This document shows, one piece after another, positions 59,786-64,000 of a DNA stretch of 64,000 bases. The stretch lies in NCBI RefSeq assembly GCF_009914755.1, contig NC_060936.1; one strand, 5' to 3'. Each line of letters opens with the position of its first letter. The stretch's first letter is position 1. A program made the translations under genes and the position numbers. The stretch comes from the human T2T-CHM13v2.0 reference genome, Homo sapiens. The notes beneath the pieces are model-generated. The model saw nothing but the letters and a program-made list of their open reading frames with translations, was not told where the DNA came from and did not search any database.

Positions 59786-59982
59786 CAGTGGTACTCAACA
59801 AGGAGCAGTTTTGCTCCCCAGGGGATATTTGATGATATCTAGAGATTTCTTTTTTCCATTACTGGCATTTAGTGGATACAGGCCAGTGATGCTGGTAAGC
59901 ATCCTAGTGCACAAGGCAGCAGGTCCCACAACAAAATGTTACCTGGTCCTGAACGTCAATAGGGGCGAGGTGGAGAAACTGA
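59786..59982 (+). mobile_element. MER20-like DNA element
   Basis: cagtggtactcaac...ttttgctccccagggga...gaggtggagaaac. Confidence 0.6.
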
Positions 59983-60869
59983 GGGTTGGGTGGTCAGGCT
60001 CCAATCTGTTTGGGTTCAAATCCCATCTCTGTCTTTTATTTCATGTATAACCTTTGGCAAATTACTTAAAATTCTCTGTTCCTTAGTTTTCTTATCTGTA
60101 GAATGGGGACAATAACCTGTGCTTGGGTTCCTGAGAAGAGTCAGCGTTCGGCATGTAGTACTCATGCCCTGGATGCCGGCCATTTTTACTCACCTCTCTC
60201 CCCGTGTCCTCTCCTCTGGGAAGCCCTCTTTGACTCAGAGAAAATGACTTTCCCTGTGCTCATGGACTCTTGATGCATGATAACCTCCTGCCCGTGTGTC
60301 TGTCTTTCCCACAGGGCTGTGGGTTCCTTGAGGGAGGAATTTTGTCCTGCAGGCTGTGGCAGCCCTAGGACTCAGCACATCTAGGTGTCCACCTGCGTCT
60401 GTGGGTGAGTTCTTGGGATGGGGCAGAGTGGGGAGTATGCACCAGGTTTTGGAGTTTTCAAGGTGTGCAGGGAGGAAGAGAAGCAGGTGGTAGACAGGTG
60501 CATCTGGGAGATGGGGTTGGGTAGAGTTTGAGGGTCTGAACACGGCCCTGCCCCATTTACTATTCTCTAGTGAGAAGCCTGATCATTGCCACGTGACCGC
60601 CTCCTCACTGTTGGTACCTGGTTGTAGAGAGCAGCTCTGTGAGTAGAAGGAGAAGGATCCTGCCCTGGAGAGGGCCTGGCTGGTCCTCACCTGGGGCCTA
60701 TCATTTAGTAACAGGGCTTCTGGAAGTGGTAGCAGATCTGGGCCTGGTGGGCATTCTGCTTCTCCTGGGTGGCAGCAGAAGTCCCTAGGTGGCAGGCTGG
60801 GGACTGCCCAAAGGTTCTGACTCAGGAAGAGCACAGTGGAACAGAAAGCCCTTGTACCACCTTCGCTGC

Positions 60870-61262
60870 TGTATTCGTCCATTCTCACACTGCTGTACAG
60901 AACTACCTGAGACTGGGGAATTCATGAAGAGAAGAAGTTTAATTGACTCACAGTTCTGCGGGCTTAACAGGAAGCATGACTGGGAGGCCTCAGGAAGCTT
61001 ATAATCATGGCAGAAGGCGAAGGGGAAGCAAGGACCTTCTTCACATGGCAGCAGGAGAAAGAGAAGAAGGGAGAAGTCTACACACTTTTAAACAACCAGA
61101 TCTCATGAGAATTCCATCGGGAGACAGCACTAGGGGGATGGCACTAAACCATTAGAAACTGCCCCCATGATCCAATCACCTCTCACCAGGCCCCTCCTCC
61201 AACACGTGGGGATTACAATTCCACATGAGATTTGGTTGGGGACATAGAGCCAAATCCTATCA
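60870..61262. mobile_element. MaLR solo LTR (MSTA/THE1-like)
   Basis: TG...CA ends, gtttaattgactcacagttc motif, 5-bp TSD gctgc/gctgg. Confidence 0.82.
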
Positions 61263-62067
61263 GCTGGTATCCTCCTTTTTCCAGGCTTTAGATATGGCAC
61301 AACCTGATGGCTTCTGCATAAAGCCTCCTCTCATCTGCATCTCTCCACCTCACTCACCCTCTTTTCAGCAAAGAACCCTCTGGCTCTAGTTTCACTGTGG
61401 TGGTCCTGGGAGAGGTAGAGAAGACCCAGAGGCTCCTTACCCTGGGAGGTCAAACTGACCATCCAGGTTTGGCTCTTCCCTGCTGGTGTGTCTAGAACAC
61501 CATCTTCCCCTTATTGCTGTGGACTTCAGGGCTCTGCTGCTCTGTCCTCCACAGAACTTGTCAATCAGCTTCCTACCAGCTAAGATCTGGTGCTGTCTGA
61601 TATATCCTCCCTGCGGCTTGTCACTCATGCTGTCTAATGGCGTGAGGTGCATTGAGTTGTATTCTGATGTCTTTGTCCTTTTGAAGCCACAGAGTAAGGT
61701 CACACAACTTTGAAACGAGCAGGGTACCATCTGAAGATGCTGGACATTCCTTTTAACAATTACCTAGGGGAGAGGCAGTCCTCAGACAGGACTCAGGTGG
61801 GTGGGCCTCAAAGAGGAAGGGAAAGGGGGCAGCTGCCTGCCTCTGAACTTCACTCTCTAGACTCGTGGAAGGGTCTAGCTTAGAGCTAGGATGGGAGGGC
61901 TGTGAGCACTGAGGATGGAGTCATGCCTTTTTGTGACTGGACACATTTTTACTGCCCGAAGTCATCTACTGCCCCCACCCCCCAACCCCATTCTTCTGCC
62001 CACTTAGCGAATATTGAGGTTATGGTCAGGATGGGGTCATTTGCAATGAAATTCAAGGTTGAGACTA

Positions 62068-62575
62068 TGTTGCAGTTATCTGTCTGCTTGTAAAAAGTCA
62101 CCCCCACATTTTGTTTAAAACAGCAAGTATGTACTATTTCACACAGTTTCTGTGGGTCAGGAATCCAGAAGCGGCTGAGATGGGTAGTTTAGGATCAGGG
62201 TCTCTCACAAGGCTTTGGTCCAGGTGCAGGCTGCAGTCCTCCAGAGGCGGGACTGGGGCTGGAGGTCTGCTTCCAGACGGTCACTCACATGGATGTGGGC
62301 AGGCGGCCTCAGTTCCCTGCCACATGGCCCTCCTCATAGGACGCTTGAGTGTCCTCGCGGCATAGCAGCTGGCTTTCCCCAGAGTGACCCAAGGTGGAAA
62401 GAACAAGGCAGAGGTGACAGTGTCTTTTATAAGCCAGCCTTGGAAGTGACGTAGCATCATTTCTGCCTTATTCCATTGGTCACACAGACAACCCGATGTG
62501 GAAGGAGACATCACAAGGACAGGAATACTGGGAAGCAGGTATTGTTGGTGGCTGTCTCGGACGCTGGTTCTCATA
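62068..62575. mobile_element. MaLR LTR (MLT1-like)
   Basis: cacagtttctgtgggtcaggaatcc...ctcagttccctgccacatgg motifs. Confidence 0.6.
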
Positions 62576-63969
62576 GAAGTAGATGTATTATTTTAGTACA
62601 ATAAGTGCAGACGATCAGCTAGCAGGATGTTATTTTTGCTGGGTATGGTTGTATTTCAGGTGCATTTACCCAAATCCAGAGTACCTTTGGGGGCTCTGAC
62701 CCTCTCCTCCTCCACCTTGAGATCTGTAGAGGCCTCTCGTTCATCCCACCAAGAGCAGGACTGGACAGATGAAAGCATGGCTTACAGGAGGCCAACACAA
62801 TAGGAGGTAGGGCTTTGGGAAGACAGCATAGGTTTCAAAAGAACCAAGAAGCTGTTGAAAAGGAGAGCAGATGGGCAGGGAAGACAAGTCCCAGATAGAA
62901 TGCCCTTTGCAACCTAGGGGGAGCTGACCACAGTGTGCATCCTGACACTCGAAGACAAGGTCTCCATCAGCAGATTGCCCAACAGAACAAGTTCAGAGCC
63001 CAGAGATCCCAGTTCCAGATCTCAGATCTCCCACACCCTGTGGGCTCTGTGTGGACTTTCGTCCTGAAACAAAGTCCTTTAGTAAAGGACTCTTTAAATT
63101 CACTCCATCTGTGCTTTGCTTGCCAATAGCAGGGTGCGTCTGTTACATACTGGACTATCCCTTCCTTCAATATGTTCATGGCTGAGGCTGCATTTGTGCC
63201 TCAGATAATCAAGGTGAGTATAACTCTCTGTTCTGTTTCCCTTTTGTTTCCTCCAAGACTTTAATAAACCCTCATTCAAGAGGCCCACCTTGTCCCACCT
63301 GTGCTTCTCAGAAAAGAAGGAGTGGTGGGGAGACAGGCTGGGGTGGGGGCTTTGCCACCTGGCTGCCCCTTCACCTGTGGGTTCTTGCTCCAATGAGGAC
63401 CCAGCAGGATAAGCTTTAGTTTCATTAAGGGTGACAATAGTTTCCTTACAGCTGGGTCAAGGATATGAGCGAGCCTCTTCCGAAAACAGCCGGGAAGGGA
63501 GAGGAATCCAAGAGGAGGAGCAGGTGGGAAAGACAAGACAGAAGGTGGATCGGGACCAGGCCTGGGAGGGAGCACAGGCACACAGAAGTGAAAGAATTCG
63601 CCTGAGGTTACACGACTCCTCGAGCGGTGCCTTTAGCTCTGCATTGTGCCACCTGCCTGGGTCAAGGAAGATGCCACCGCTGTTGTTCTGTGTACAGAGA
63701 GGGAAAGGAAGATGCTGGCTCTCAGCAGTTCTATAGAACAGAGGATGGAGAGGCCACACGACAATAGGCACACGCACCGTACATTGAAGAAGTGCATGCA
63801 AGACAGAATCGTGTGGGATATGCACACTTGCGTGGAAGAAAAACTGTTCCATTCACATTGAGGTAGACCCTCCATCTATGACTCATCTGTAGGGCAGGGG
63901 TGTGGGCACATACTGAGGCATGAATGGAGGGGAAGCTGGAGCTCTGCTGGTGTAGAAAGGCGATGGGAT

Positions 63970-64000
63970 ATGCTCGCTTCAGCAGCACATATACTCAAAT
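63970..64000 (+). pseudogene. U6 snRNA pseudogene, 5' end (cut off by window)
   Basis: atgctcgcttcagcagcacatatactcaaat versus U6 GTGCTCGCTTCGGCAGCACATATACTAAAAT (3 mismatches); no obvious TATA box upstream. Confidence 0.88.

Overview
Human (or great-ape) genomic DNA from the complement C1S-C1R-C1RL cluster (12p13). I rebuilt three complete spliced CDSs from GT-AG sites. C1S is on + (11 coding exons, 2067 nt, 688 aa). C1R is on - (11 exons, 2118 nt, 705 aa), tail-to-tail with C1S about 9 kb away. C1RL is on - (6 exons, 1464 nt, 487 aa), directly upstream of C1R. The rest is the probable C1RL antisense lncRNA region, about 30 Alus, L1/LTR/DNA-transposon fragments, a ~2.1 kb GGT/GAT triplet macro-repeat in C1R intron 9, and the start of a U6 pseudogene at the window end. 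The most notable unexplained signals are: (1) a relic third copy of the C1R/C1RL CUB1 exon 3, with an intact donor, just upstream of C1RL; (2) Ser189/Asp226 charge relocation in the C1RL S1 pocket; (3) a candidate MAp44-like protease-less C1S terminal exon; (4) three TSD-flanked, A-tailed micro-insertions, one matching the U1 5' end; (5) a candidate spliced poly-Ala smORF antisense to C1RL. Repeat subfamily names are from recognition only, not from a search.
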